DNA of 64,000 nucleotides from an uncultured Gammaproteobacteria bacterium (GTDB lineage Bacteria; Patescibacteriota; Patescibacteriia; Magasanikbacterales; GWA2-37-8): NCBI GenBank assembly GCA_964465205.1, contig CAYXJO010000001.1, positions 5,099 to 69,098 of the forward strand, read 5' to 3'. Shown piece by piece: positions 37,930 to 47,727 of this stretch (position 1 is its first letter; each line of letters starts with the position of its first letter). The notes under the pieces were generated by a model. It saw only the letters and a program-made list of their open reading frames with translations, ran no database searches and was not told where the DNA came from. The position numbers and the translations under genes were made by a program.

Positions 37930-39327
37930 ATGATCGAACAGTTTTGTGAGTATCTATACGAGATGCTCTTTTTTGTCGTAAGACGTGGTATAATATTATG
38001 TATAGATTATACTCGTGTGATCAAAAAAATTGTCGTTACAATTTTTGTCATGATATTATTTGGTGGCCTACTGCAACCATCTAATTTTGCATCCTCCGAA
38101 CCCACTCAAGCCGAAATGGAGCAGGAGTTAAAAGATATTGAGCGCCAGATAAGCGAATATACCAACGTGCTGGCCAAAACTCAGTCGGAGAAAAAGACAT
38201 TGGCCAACAAGATTGCAGAGTTGCAAGCGCGATCCAGAAAAATCGCGCTACAAATCAAAGAGACTGGTTTGAAATTGAACAGCCTGCAAGGAAAAATTAC
38301 CACTACCAACAATAAAATTGCCGCCAGTGAGGCGCGTTCGGCGCGGCTGACTAAAAGTATTGCCGTGATTTTGCGACAAATGAATGCGGTCGAAGAGAAT
38401 ATGCTAATCGCCCTTTTGTAATCGACCAGCTGGTCGGATGTTTACAATCAAATTCAAGATGCCTCCGCACTTGCTTCTGCCCTAAACGATTTGGCGCAAG
38501 AAAATAAAAAGTCAAAATCTGCTTTGGTAGATGCCAAAGCAGTGTTGGAAGATCAAAAAACCGATGCCGCCAATTTATTGAAAATTCAATCCATTCAGAA
38601 GCAAGATTTGGCAGGGACGATCGGCGAGCAAAATAGTTTGCTCGTTGAAACTAAAGGTAAAGAAAATAATTATCAAACATTGCTTGCCGATAGAAAAAAG
38701 CGCGCGGCAGAATTGCGCGGTCGTATTTATGAATTGTTTAATACCGGCAAACAGATTAATTTTGGTCAGGCAGTAGATATCGCCAAATGGACTTCAAATT
38801 TGACCGGCGTGCGGGCGGCGTTTGTGCTTGCGGTCTTGACTCAAGAATCTAATCTGGGCAAAAACGTCGGTACATGCAATCGAGCGGGTGATCCGGAATC
38901 CAAAAGTTGGAAAGTGGTAATGAAACCGACACGTGATCACGAGCCTTTCAAGACCATCACTGGTGAGTTGGGGTTGGATATAGATACTACGCCGGTATCT
39001 TGTCCGATGAAAGATAAAAATGGCAATCAGGTGGGGTGGGGAGGGGCGATGGGGCCGGCACAGTTTATTCCTTCGACTTGGATGGGGTACCGTGCCAAGG
39101 TTGCGAAATTGAGCGGCAAAAGTACCGCAAATCCTTGGGATATTCGCGATTCATTTTTGGCGGCGGCGATCAAATTGACCAATGATGGCGCAGACGGAAC
39201 CGATGACGGCGATTGGCAAGCGGCGATGAAATATTTTGCCGGTTCAGTGAATTTAAAGTATCGGTTTTATGGGGACAATGTTCTCAAGACGACTAAACAG
39301 TATGAAGAAGATATGAAAGAGATGTGA
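37930..39327 (+). pseudogene. Coiled-coil + lytic transglycosylase (MltB/SLT-like) gene interrupted by an in-frame TAA at 38419-38421
   Basis: ORFs 37930-38421 and 38491-39327 are in the same frame. The coiled-coil text continues uninterrupted across the stop (…LIALL*STSWSDVYNQIQDASALASALNDLAQENKKSKS…). The downstream part carries the LT motif GPAQFIPSTWMGY. Confidence 0.55.
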
Positions 39328-39353
39328 GATTTTTTTATCAAAAGAAATTAAGT

Positions 39354-40541
39354 TTATTTTAAACGCAAACCGTGTCTTATAACTTTTTTGTACATTGCGT
39401 ATTTATCCGGTTTTTTTATCGCATTATAAACATCAATCATTTTGATCGCCATATTATTTGATCGAAATAGCTCGGCTGTTTTTTGAGCATTATCTGAGAG
39501 TTGTCTACGTAAACTTTCATTGCTGATAATTAGGTCGATTTTTTCATTCATTTCTTCTATGGTGTTAACCAGATAACCATTGTCGCCGCTTTGAATGATT
39601 TCCGGCGCTACACCTATTGGAAAAGCTACTGGAATTAAACCTTGTGACATGCCTTCAATCATACTTAGACAAAATCCCTCATATCGCGAAGGTACAATGA
39701 GAATACTCCCGCGCCGATTGGACAATTGATTCTTAATTTCCGGTTTAAACAGATTAATTTGAACACTATTAGATTCGATTTGTGTTTTTAGCCAGGTGGA
39801 CAATTTTTTGTTTCCCGTCATGGCAATGGTTAGTTTGGGTATTTTGGGAAATGATCTATAGGCATAGATAAGGCGGTCAAGACCTTTGAGTTTCATGGTG
39901 AATACATCTTGTCCTATCCTGCCCAAATATACTAATTCTGGCGGGGCAAATGTTGTGTCGATTGGATCGAACCAGAAATCTTCAATTGCATTGTGAATGA
40001 TATGAATTTTTGACTCATCAATACCGTCAGCAATTAAATCAGTTTTTACGATTTTTGATGTGGCAATAATAGCGGTAGCTTTTTTTGCAACCAATTTTTC
40101 CATATCGGCAATATCGTGGAGTGGGCGTCTAGTTTTTAGGTTCAGTTCATAAATAATGCTGGCACGTTTCAATTCGCGCCAAATTTTTTGTAATGGATTT
40201 TCAATGTTTTTAAATTTTGGAGTAGCCCGTATAAATCCGGTAGTGGTAGAGCCAAAATGAGAGACAATTGGTGTGTGAAATGGCAAGAAAGCCAGCGGAG
40301 TATACGTCGTTCCTTGGATGATGTCGCAGCTTAAAATTTCATTTTTACGTTCCAACAAACTAAAAAAGAAAAGAATATTATTAAAACCTTTCATGTGATG
40401 AGGTGTATCGACCAGCGTGACTTTTGGATAAAAATGACGTACATCAACTTCGAACTCTTTTAGTTTGTCAGAGATTAGTCCGTTGATATAATTTGCCCCC
40501 GTTTTTATTTTTTGATCTTGGTGTATGAAAGCTATTTTCAT
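39354..40541 (-). CDS. Glycosyltransferase family 1 (GT4-like)
   Basis: C-terminal GT1 motif EGFCLSMIEGMSQGLIPVAFPIGVAPEII. Confidence 0.8.
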   Translation of the reverse strand: MKIAFIHQDQKIKTGANYINGLISDKLKEFEVDVRHFYPKVTLVDTPHHMKGFNNILFFFSLLERKNEILSCDIIQGTTYTPLAFLPFHTPIVSHFGSTTTGFIRATPKFKNIENPLQKIWRELKRASIIYELNLKTRRPLHDIADMEKLVAKKATAIIATSKIVKTDLIADGIDESKIHIIHNAIEDFWFDPIDTTFAPPELVYLGRIGQDVFTMKLKGLDRLIYAYRSFPKIPKLTIAMTGNKKLSTWLKTQIESNSVQINLFKPEIKNQLSNRRGSILIVPSRYEGFCLSMIEGMSQGLIPVAFPIGVAPEIIQSGDNGYLVNTIEEMNEKIDLIISNESLRRQLSDNAQKTAELFRSNNMAIKMIDVYNAIKKPDKYAMYKKVIRHGLRLK

Positions 40542-40624
40542 ATGGAGTAATACAGATAGGAATAATAGTTAGCTTATCATAGATCCGATTATTTTAAAAC
40601 CGGAAAAATGTTTTTGATATAAAA

Positions 40625-40657
40625 TAAAATCCGCCAGATAGAGCGGATTTTATCCTA
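40625..40657 (-). terminator. Hairpin AAATCCGC-N7-GCGGATTT followed by TTTTATTTT on the minus strand, just 3' of tRNA-Glu
   Basis: 8-bp perfect stem plus a T-run downstream of the tRNA. Confidence 0.5.
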
Positions 40658-40660
40658 TTG

Positions 40661-40732
40661 TAGCCCCAACGGGAATCGAACCCGTATTACCACATTGAAA
40701 GCGTGGTGTCCTAACCATTAGACGATGAGGCC
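40661..40732 (-). tRNA. tRNA-Glu (anticodon TTC)
   Basis: Hand-folded. Acceptor GGCCTCA/TGGGGCT (two G-U pairs), anticodon stem CCACG/TGTGG with loop CTTTCAA, T-arm ACGGG-TTCGATT-CCCGT. Confidence 0.6.
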
Positions 40733-40796
40733 GTTATGGGAGCCAGTATACTATATTTTTGTAATAAAGTCAAGATCTGGACGTGATTCTATTCAA

Positions 40797-41555
40797 TTAT
40801 GTTTTAGGTGTTGAAATATCCCAAATAAAATCATAAATACTTTTGATACCAGGATTGATGACGGGGTGGAAAATAGATATTAAAAACGGTGGTTTGCCAG
40901 AGAAAAATATTACCTGCCCGTCAATAAGCCAAAGCGATGCTTGGAAATCGCGAATACCGCGCGGCATCTCGCGAATCATAATGTTTTGGTTGTGTAATTT
41001 TTTGCTACTAATATCGCCAAAAGTCTGATAGGGGATGAGCGTATGGGTGGTGATTGATTTCTGTTTTTTCAAATTTAGGAAAACATGGCGAAAATCTTCG
41101 CCGAATATTTTGTCATAATTGCCAACACTGGGAGTGTCGATGGTGTAAATAATTGTGCGCGGTTTAAGGTTGAGTAGAGTTTTTTCGATAAAATTGCGGA
41201 TACTTTTTTTGGTGTCATATATATGCGCGAAAGGGAACTTGGTTTCGGAGCGGTATAGTTGGGTGAGCATACCGCCGAGTTGTTCGGCAATGGCAAGTTT
41301 GTTGGCGAGAATGCCCTGAATGGTTTTGGGAGTTTCAATCCAATAATAAATACTGCCACGATAACGATGAGTGGATAGATAGCTCTCATCTGCCAATTTA
41401 TTTAGAATGCTAATAGTGGTGGTGCGGGGGAGTCCGGCCTTTTTGGCGATTATGGCCGCGGGTGACTCGCCTAGTTTAGTGAGGGCGACATATACTTTTA
41501 TTTCATTGTCGCTAAATCCCAATTCTTGGAGATTGTTTTTGATTTCGGTAAGCAT
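40797..41555 (-). CDS. TrmB-family transcriptional regulator (winged HTH)
   Basis: N-terminal wHTH LGFSDNEIKVYVALTKLGESPAAIIAKKAGLPRTTTISILNKL typical of TrmB-like regulators. Confidence 0.7.
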   Translation of the reverse strand: MLTEIKNNLQELGFSDNEIKVYVALTKLGESPAAIIAKKAGLPRTTTISILNKLADESYLSTHRYRGSIYYWIETPKTIQGILANKLAIAEQLGGMLTQLYRSETKFPFAHIYDTKKSIRNFIEKTLLNLKPRTIIYTIDTPSVGNYDKIFGEDFRHVFLNLKKQKSITTHTLIPYQTFGDISSKKLHNQNIMIREMPRGIRDFQASLWLIDGQVIFFSGKPPFLISIFHPVINPGIKSIYDFIWDISTPKT

Positions 41556-41738
41556 ATATAGTTGTTGTCGAAAATTTTCGACAAGATTAGATATTTTTTT
41601 GGCTAAAATTAGGTTAATTTAGGTTGTGTGGATAAAAAGTGGCCAAAATTAGCACGATATTACCTGAATTTAGTTATTATAGTATCAGAAATAAAGCTCG
41701 TTGACAACCACTAAACAAACACTAACCGGAGGTGGACC

Positions 41739-42791
41739 ATGCAACCTGTCTATGTGTATCCCGGCAGCTTTTCTCCGCCTACCTATGGGCACTTCTACAT
41801 TGTGGCGCAGGCGGCCGCTATTTTCCCTACCGTGCATATTGTCTGTTCGACCAATGCCCGCAAAACTAACTGGTTCTCCGAAAGCGAATGTGTGGAGCTC
41901 TGGCGCGCCTACCAATTGCCCGCCAATGTGCAAGTGCATACCTTTTCGCAGTTCGTAAACGATTATCCCAATACCAAGGATATCGTGATGATTCGCGGGG
42001 CGCGTAACGAGACCGACCTCGACGATGAGAAGAAAGTGCTTATGCTCAACTGGACCAAATTCGGAATCGACAAGTTTTTCTACATTATGTCGAGTCCGGA
42101 ATTGTGTTCGGTGTCGTCCTCGCATGCGCGCGCGGCGGCCCAGAATCTGGATCTACAGACATTGGCGCACAATGTAGCGCCGATGGTCGTGTCGGCCCTG
42201 CTAGAAAAAGTGCTGAAAGCACGCAACGTGTTTATGGTAGTGGGGCAGCCGGGCAGTGGCAAGAGTACTTTTCTGCGCATGCTATCCGAGTGCGATTGCC
42301 GCAACGTACATGTGAATACCGACGAGTTCAACCACGAATTGCGCCCGTACTTGGAGAGCATGTTTCCTGGCCAAGATTTGGTGGATGTGGCTGCGCACGA
42401 CGAAGTTGCGCTCAAGGCCGCTATTGCCAAGCCGTGGTTTGAACTGCTCGCCCAAGCATTGCGTAGTGCGCCAGCCGACAGTAATGTGTTCGTGGAAATC
42501 CCGTACGGCCTACAAGCAGACAAACTGATGTTCCGCTTCGTGGGTGGAAAGGTGATCTATGTCGGCTGCGACAATCCGCAAGAGAATGAGCGGCGCGTGG
42601 TAGAACGTGGCACTCCCAAATTGGTGGCGTTCATCGATCGTATACCAGGATGGGAAGAGACCGATGCCATCGCACGTCAGTATGGATTACAGTTAACACG
42701 TATCCAAACTGGTGGCGATATTGAACATACCGCGCAAGCGGCACAAAAATTTGCTCAGGAGGTGGCGCATGAAACGTACATTGGAAAATAG
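41739..42791 (+). CDS. Bifunctional nucleotidyltransferase (HxGH, NMNAT/PPAT-like) + P-loop kinase fusion; NadR/NadM-like candidate
   Basis: N-terminal YPGSFSPPTYGH (GxFxPxHxGH nucleotidyltransferase motif). C-terminal half carries Walker A VVGQPGSGKST. GC-rich. RBS GGAGGTG. Confidence 0.5.
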   Translation: MQPVYVYPGSFSPPTYGHFYIVAQAAAIFPTVHIVCSTNARKTNWFSESECVELWRAYQLPANVQVHTFSQFVNDYPNTKDIVMIRGARNETDLDDEKKVLMLNWTKFGIDKFFYIMSSPELCSVSSSHARAAAQNLDLQTLAHNVAPMVVSALLEKVLKARNVFMVVGQPGSGKSTFLRMLSECDCRNVHVNTDEFNHELRPYLESMFPGQDLVDVAAHDEVALKAAIAKPWFELLAQALRSAPADSNVFVEIPYGLQADKLMFRFVGGKVIYVGCDNPQENERRVVERGTPKLVAFIDRIPGWEETDAIARQYGLQLTRIQTGGDIEHTAQAAQKFAQEVAHETYIGK

Positions 42792-43410
42792 GTGGTTGGC
42801 ACTGGGCGAACAACTGAATCCGCCAGCCGACCAAACGACGATGTCGCGATGGTGGCATAAACTGACCGCGGCATACGGCGAACCTCATCGTCATTACCAT
42901 ACCTTGGATCATGTTTCCGCTTGTCTCACGGAACTGGATCAGCTGGATCGTGCTTTTGCGGTACCACAAGCGGCAGAATTCGCCTTGTGGTTCCATGATG
43001 CAGTGTACGTCATCGGCGCCGCGGACAACGAAATGCGCAGTGCCGATCTAGCCGAACAGTGTGCGCGCGAACTGGGGTTGGGTGATGGGTTCGTCGCTTT
43101 GGTGCGCGACTACATCATGATTACCAGTTACCAAAATCCACCCGACAATAGTCCGGATTCGGCCTACAAAATTGCTGACATCGATCTGGCGATTTTGGGT
43201 CAGGATGCTGCCGTATTCGATCGCTACGAAGAGGGGATCCGGGCGGAATATGCGCAGTATCCCGAGGCGCAATACAAATCCGGTCGAGCACTATTTCTGG
43301 TGAGGATGCTCGCCCAAGCGCCTATTTACCACACACCGGAATTCCAAGATCGCTACGAAGCGCAAGCTCGTGCCAACCTTACGCGTTTGATCGCGCGTTT
43401 GCTGGCCTAG
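42769..43410 (+). CDS. HD-superfamily-like hypothetical protein
   Basis: His/Asp motifs HRHYHTLDH and WFHDAVY. Overlaps the upstream gene by 23 nt. GC-rich. Confidence 0.45.
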   Translation: MKRTLENRWLALGEQLNPPADQTTMSRWWHKLTAAYGEPHRHYHTLDHVSACLTELDQLDRAFAVPQAAEFALWFHDAVYVIGAADNEMRSADLAEQCARELGLGDGFVALVRDYIMITSYQNPPDNSPDSAYKIADIDLAILGQDAAVFDRYEEGIRAEYAQYPEAQYKSGRALFLVRMLAQAPIYHTPEFQDRYEAQARANLTRLIARLLA

Positions 43411-43540
43411 CTCATCTACATCATTCATTGGGAGCAACAATTGTTGCTCCTTTTTTTGTCGCGCATATCCTTGACAAATTGAGTGGTTTGTGGAATAATA
43501 ATCAGTCATTGGTTTTTCGTAAAACGGAAAGGAGGCCCCA

Positions 43541-44266
43541 GTGGCACAGCGTGAGTTCTTTGAATTTGACATCGACGGGACTTTCTTTCGGGAAAGTCTG
43601 TTACTCAAGTTAATTGATCGCCTGGTGGAAGTAGGAGTCTTCCCCGGCTGGGTTAAGCAGGAATTCGAAATCGAGTACAACGGCTGGATGAGCCGCAAAG
43701 CTGGCTACAACCATTTTATCGACGCGGTGGTGGAGACCTATCGCCATCACGTCAAAGGCGTGTCGCAAAAAGTGGTGCAAGCCGCGGCGCGTCATGCCGT
43801 GCAAGAGTGCTACGGTATGGTGTATGCCTATACACGCACCAAACTCGAAACCGCTCGTGCTGAAGGTAAGTTCCTGCTGGCACTTTCGCATTCACCCAAA
43901 GAAGTGGTGGTCGAATTTTGCCGGATGTGGAACATTGATTACTGCGCCGGTACCGAGTACCTGGTGGACGAGAATGGGTGTTACACCGGCGAGGCCAGGA
44001 CCTACAACAAGGCCGAGAAGTTGCAAGAGGTCGTGACCGCATATGATCTGACCTATAGCAATTCGATCGGCATGGGCGACACCAGCGCCGACATTCCCAT
44101 CTTTGAGATCGTCGAAACGCCGATCTGTTTCAACCCTCCGACCGCCTTGGCCGAATTAGCCGAACAGCGTGGGTGGTTGTGGGTAGACGAGCGAAAAAAT
44201 AAGGCTGTCCTGCACTTGCGGGGCACCTACACGATTCTCGATGTATCACCGGTTGCCGGGCCTTAG
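43541..44266 (+). CDS. HAD-IB family phosphatase (phosphoserine phosphatase-like)
   Basis: Motif I FEFDIDGTF and motif IV SIGMGDTSADIP. GC-rich. Confidence 0.65.
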   Translation: MAQREFFEFDIDGTFFRESLLLKLIDRLVEVGVFPGWVKQEFEIEYNGWMSRKAGYNHFIDAVVETYRHHVKGVSQKVVQAAARHAVQECYGMVYAYTRTKLETARAEGKFLLALSHSPKEVVVEFCRMWNIDYCAGTEYLVDENGCYTGEARTYNKAEKLQEVVTAYDLTYSNSIGMGDTSADIPIFEIVETPICFNPPTALAELAEQRGWLWVDERKNKAVLHLRGTYTILDVSPVAGP

Positions 44267-44282
44267 GGCCCGGCCTTTTTTA
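44255..44282 (+). terminator. Rho-independent terminator CCGGGCC-TTA-GGCCCGG + T6
   Basis: Perfect 7-bp G/C stem then TTTTTTATTT. Confidence 0.65.
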
Positions 44283-44391
44283 TTTCAAAATTTTTATATT
44301 CAATGCAAATGCGTAATCGCAGTATTTATATATTAGATAAATAAAAAAGAGCGCGAAATATTTCGCGCTCCCGGTGATTTCCACGCGGCAC

Positions 44392-44883
44392 TTATGTCGC
44401 AGTGGACTTACGAAAGAACAGATTGCACTTCTCGGGATCGGCCAGGCGAGTGCAGGCGCGTTTTTCGGCCTCGGTCGCGCAGACATCGCACGGCCCGCAG
44501 GTTACCGTGAGCGGCACCTCACCCCAAGTGTCTGCAGTCGCCTGCACCCATTGCGCCCGGTGGCACAAATGAATCACTTTGGCCACGTGCGTAATGATCA
44601 TGAGGTGGTGGTCGCTGAACTTTTCCAGTAACTGATGGAACACGCGGCTCGACAGTCCGTGCCCACGGTGTGCGGGTGACACCCAGAACGATCCGAGTTC
44701 AAGCCAGTTGGGATCAGGTGTGTCCCAAGCGGCCGCAAAGGCGATGATCCCTTCGGTGTCTTCGATCATCGCGGCCTGACCTTTGTGAAAGACCGTTGCC
44801 AGGTTCTCGGGAGTGTTGCGTGCCCCCAGGATGGCTTCTTCTGCTTGGCACTCACGCGCCAGTTTGATCCACTTGTCTTCCAT
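44392..44883 (-). CDS. GNAT family acetyltransferase with Cys-rich C-terminal tail
   Basis: GNAT core (IIAFAAAWD...LELGSFWVSPAHRGHGLS) plus C-terminal CGPCDVC...C...C. A perfect palindromic terminator (GAGCGCGAAATATTTCGCGCTC) lies 3' of it. Confidence 0.6.
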   Translation of the reverse strand: MEDKWIKLARECQAEEAILGARNTPENLATVFHKGQAAMIEDTEGIIAFAAAWDTPDPNWLELGSFWVSPAHRGHGLSSRVFHQLLEKFSDHHLMIITHVAKVIHLCHRAQWVQATADTWGEVPLTVTCGPCDVCATEAEKRACTRLADPEKCNLFFRKSTAT

Positions 44884-45142
44884 GTTTACCTCCTTTGGTG
44901 GTGGGAAGAACAACAAAAACCCCTCTCTTTCGAGAGGGGTAAAGTGGTGTTTAGAAAATACTAAGCAACCCTACTCTCGAAAGAGGAGGATCGCACGACG
45001 GACTTGGTTGTATGAATGGTTGGTCATATCTACTAGGTAGCTTGCCAGACACCGGCGATGTCGTCAAATTGGGTTGTGGATAACTATACTTGACAATATT
45101 ATTTAGCTGTGTTAATGTGTTACTACGTTAATACAATGAATT

Positions 45143-45460
45143 ATGTCATCATTTAAATTCGACAAAAACACCACCGCGCTATTTAAAGCGATTTTGTCGC
45201 TCGACTCCGTCAAAGAGGCCGAGAATTTTTTTCGCGACCTGTGCACGGTAGATGAGCTGAAAGATATGAGCGAGCGCTGGCAAATAGTGCTTTTACTCCA
45301 AAAGGGATTACCTTATCGCGACATTGCGGCCCAATTAAACACGTCCACCACTACGGTTGCGCGCGTGGCTTTTTGGCTTAGTGAAGGCATGGGTGGCTAC
45401 CAGAATGCTCTGAAGAAATTATCTCATCATCACTCAAACCCTCGGCAGGGAAAGGTTTGA
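45143..45460 (+). CDS. YerC/YecD (TrpR-like) family protein
   Basis: FFRDLCTVDELKDMSERWQIVLLLQKGLPYRDIAAQLNTSTTTVARV matches the Trp-repressor-fold YerC family pattern. Confidence 0.7.
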   Translation: MSSFKFDKNTTALFKAILSLDSVKEAENFFRDLCTVDELKDMSERWQIVLLLQKGLPYRDIAAQLNTSTTTVARVAFWLSEGMGGYQNALKKLSHHHSNPRQGKV

Positions 45461-45537
45461 GTTTGTTTTTCGTTAACTAAACAAATTTAGGCCTCTCCCT
45501 ATCGGGGGAGGTTTTTTGTTTTACTAATTTTTTATAT

Positions 45538-46341
45538 ATGAATGAAAAAAATATCATGAACAATTTTCAGCCACACCTCAAGATTTCTGCCCGCGATATT
45601 TCGCCCTATGTTTTGTTGCCGGGTGATCCGGCGCGCGTAGATGAAGTAGGGAAATTTTTGGAGAATTTCAAAATTATTGCCAACAATCGCGAGTTCAAAC
45701 TTGGTGTAGGTGATTACCGGGGGGTGCAGGTAACAGTGTGTTCGACCGGTATTGGCGGCCCATCTACTGCTATTGCAGTGGAAGAATTAATTAATGCCGG
45801 CGCGAAATATCTGATTCGGATTGGCACTTGTGGTGGTAGTTGGCGCGCCAATATCCCACTAGGAAGTTTGGTTGTACCCACTGCTTGTGTGCGTGATGAA
45901 GGCACTACCGCGGAATATATCCCTAGTGGTTTTCCAGCCGTGGCGGATTACCGGGTGGTGAATGCATTGGCGAGCGCACGCACTGCCACGGATAGAATTT
46001 TTGTTGGAATTAATCGTACTCATGATGCTTTTTATAGCCCTCTAACATCTATTACCAAGTGGGGGAGCTATTTGTTGGACGAACGTTACGCGAATTGTGA
46101 TACGCCAATTTTATCTTCGGATATGGAGACTAGCATTTTGTATGTGGTAGCTTCACTGCGTGGAGTAGCCGCGGGCGCGGTACTGGCGGTGAATGCCGAT
46201 CCGTTGCCACTCCGTACGCGGTTGGGTGGCGAAAAACAAATTGAGATTACGGAAAACAGTATTGCGCAAACCGAGGACATAGTGAAAAAAATGATTGTCG
46301 TGGCGCTTAGCGCTTTGATTAATTTAAAACAATATGAGTAG
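45538..46341 (+). CDS. Nucleoside phosphorylase (PNP/UDP family 1; uridine/purine nucleoside phosphorylase)
   Basis: PNP_UDP_1 motifs: PYVLLPGDPARVD, CSTGIGGPSTAIAVEEL, SDMETS. Confidence 0.8.
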   Translation: MNEKNIMNNFQPHLKISARDISPYVLLPGDPARVDEVGKFLENFKIIANNREFKLGVGDYRGVQVTVCSTGIGGPSTAIAVEELINAGAKYLIRIGTCGGSWRANIPLGSLVVPTACVRDEGTTAEYIPSGFPAVADYRVVNALASARTATDRIFVGINRTHDAFYSPLTSITKWGSYLLDERYANCDTPILSSDMETSILYVVASLRGVAAGAVLAVNADPLPLRTRLGGEKQIEITENSIAQTEDIVKKMIVVALSALINLKQYE

Positions 46342-46924
46342 ACCAGTAGTTTGCTTTGATTTGTGGAATACGCTTATTGCCACATCCAATCCGCGCAGTT
46401 ACACAGATATTTTGGTGGACGCCGGTTTTGACGCGGCCGAAATTTTTCAATTTGTACGTGATTATATGATGGTGCGTCCGTTTACTTATGATGAGTTGTT
46501 TAAAATTTTATTAAAAAGATTTTGGGTCGATACCAAATTAGGCAAAGAAATTGAGAGCGCCTGGCGTCGGGACAATGAAACCGCGCAATGGATTCCAGGC
46601 GCCCTGTCTAAACTCAAAAAACTATCCAGAGTCTCTTCGTTGGTGCTGATTTCGAATGTGAGCAGTGCCGGCTGGGAGGTTGTGGATAGACGTTTGAAAA
46701 TTGGCGAAAAATTCGATCGTCTGTTTTTGTCCTTTGAACAACGCGTAAACAAACCACAAGAGGAGGTGTGGCAAAAAGTAGAGCAGTGGTATGGCGATAT
46801 GCCTGCCAATCAATTCGTGATGGTGGGGGATAGCGTGGCCGATGACTTGACCGTGCCCAAAAAGCGCGGTTGGCAAACATACTTGGCTGGAAACACACGC
46901 CGGTGTGTATTCCAAAAACAGTAA
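46334..46924 (+). CDS. HAD-superfamily hydrolase
   Basis: Motif I VVCFDLWNTL and motif IV MVGDSVADD. Confidence 0.65.
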   Translation: MSRPVVCFDLWNTLIATSNPRSYTDILVDAGFDAAEIFQFVRDYMMVRPFTYDELFKILLKRFWVDTKLGKEIESAWRRDNETAQWIPGALSKLKKLSRVSSLVLISNVSSAGWEVVDRRLKIGEKFDRLFLSFEQRVNKPQEEVWQKVEQWYGDMPANQFVMVGDSVADDLTVPKKRGWQTYLAGNTRRCVFQKQ

Positions 46925-46949
46925 CCGCTTAGCCGAAAAGGAGTACCAA

Positions 46950-47588
46950 ATGAGCGGGACAAACGAAAAGGTTCTGATTCTGGATGTGCCCGGGAAAGAA
47001 GGTTTGCGTAGCGAACTGGAATCCTATGGCCTCATCGTGACCGAGGGTGCAGAAATGACGCGTGCCATTCTGGCTTGGCCAGACTGGTCGCAGCTCGACC
47101 CCAAGACCACCATGCTGATCTTTCCGGGTAATGGCGCTTCAATTGTGAAGGGCTATATCCCGGATAAATGGTTTGACCAGTGGTTACACGTGTATCGAGT
47201 TTACGCCAAAAGGTATTGGACACCTGGTAGTCCGCCCAGCGTGGTGGCGAGTCGGGTGTTCCCGGACCGCATGGTGCTGGGAGCAAAGGATATTGTAGTG
47301 GTCGACGATGTCGTGTCGTCGGGTACTACTGCCCACATGCTCCACTATGCCAATGCGGCGTGGATCCCAGGTGCCCGGTGGCATCTGGTAACTTGGATCG
47401 GGCAATTGTCTGCTAAGTGCAAAAAGTACGAGCAGGTATATGCCGCGAACTGGTACGGTACCAAAGACACCAAAGCGCCGATTAATTCTCTAAGCACTCT
47501 CATCGAGGTGCCAGAGATTGCCGAAAATTACGCCAAGCGTCAATTGGGTGATGCGGCCGGGCGATTTTTGGAAATGTTGGCGCGGTGA
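46950..47588 (+). CDS. Type I phosphoribosyltransferase-domain protein
   Basis: PRPP-binding motif IVVVDDVVSSGTTAHML. GC-rich. Start taken at the internal ATG (MSGTNEKV). Confidence 0.55.
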   Translation: MSGTNEKVLILDVPGKEGLRSELESYGLIVTEGAEMTRAILAWPDWSQLDPKTTMLIFPGNGASIVKGYIPDKWFDQWLHVYRVYAKRYWTPGSPPSVVASRVFPDRMVLGAKDIVVVDDVVSSGTTAHMLHYANAAWIPGARWHLVTWIGQLSAKCKKYEQVYAANWYGTKDTKAPINSLSTLIEVPEIAENYAKRQLGDAAGRFLEMLAR

Positions 47589-47681
47589 TTTTTGTAAATT
47601 CCGTACGGACGCTCATCAAACGATGGGCGTCGTTTTGCTTGGAAAAATTTTGAAAATATTTTGGGAAATAAAAAAGGGAGT

Positions 47682-47712
47682 CGCGACCGAAGTCGCGCTC
47701 CCTGTGAAGGAA
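47682..47712 (-). terminator. Terminator hairpin (GGGAGCGCGAC-TTCG-GTCGCGACTCCC + T-run on the minus strand) 3' of nadE
   Basis: 11-bp stem with one bulge, followed by CTTTTTTATTT on the minus strand. Confidence 0.55.
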
Positions 47713-47727
47713 CTGTTGAAAGAACGA

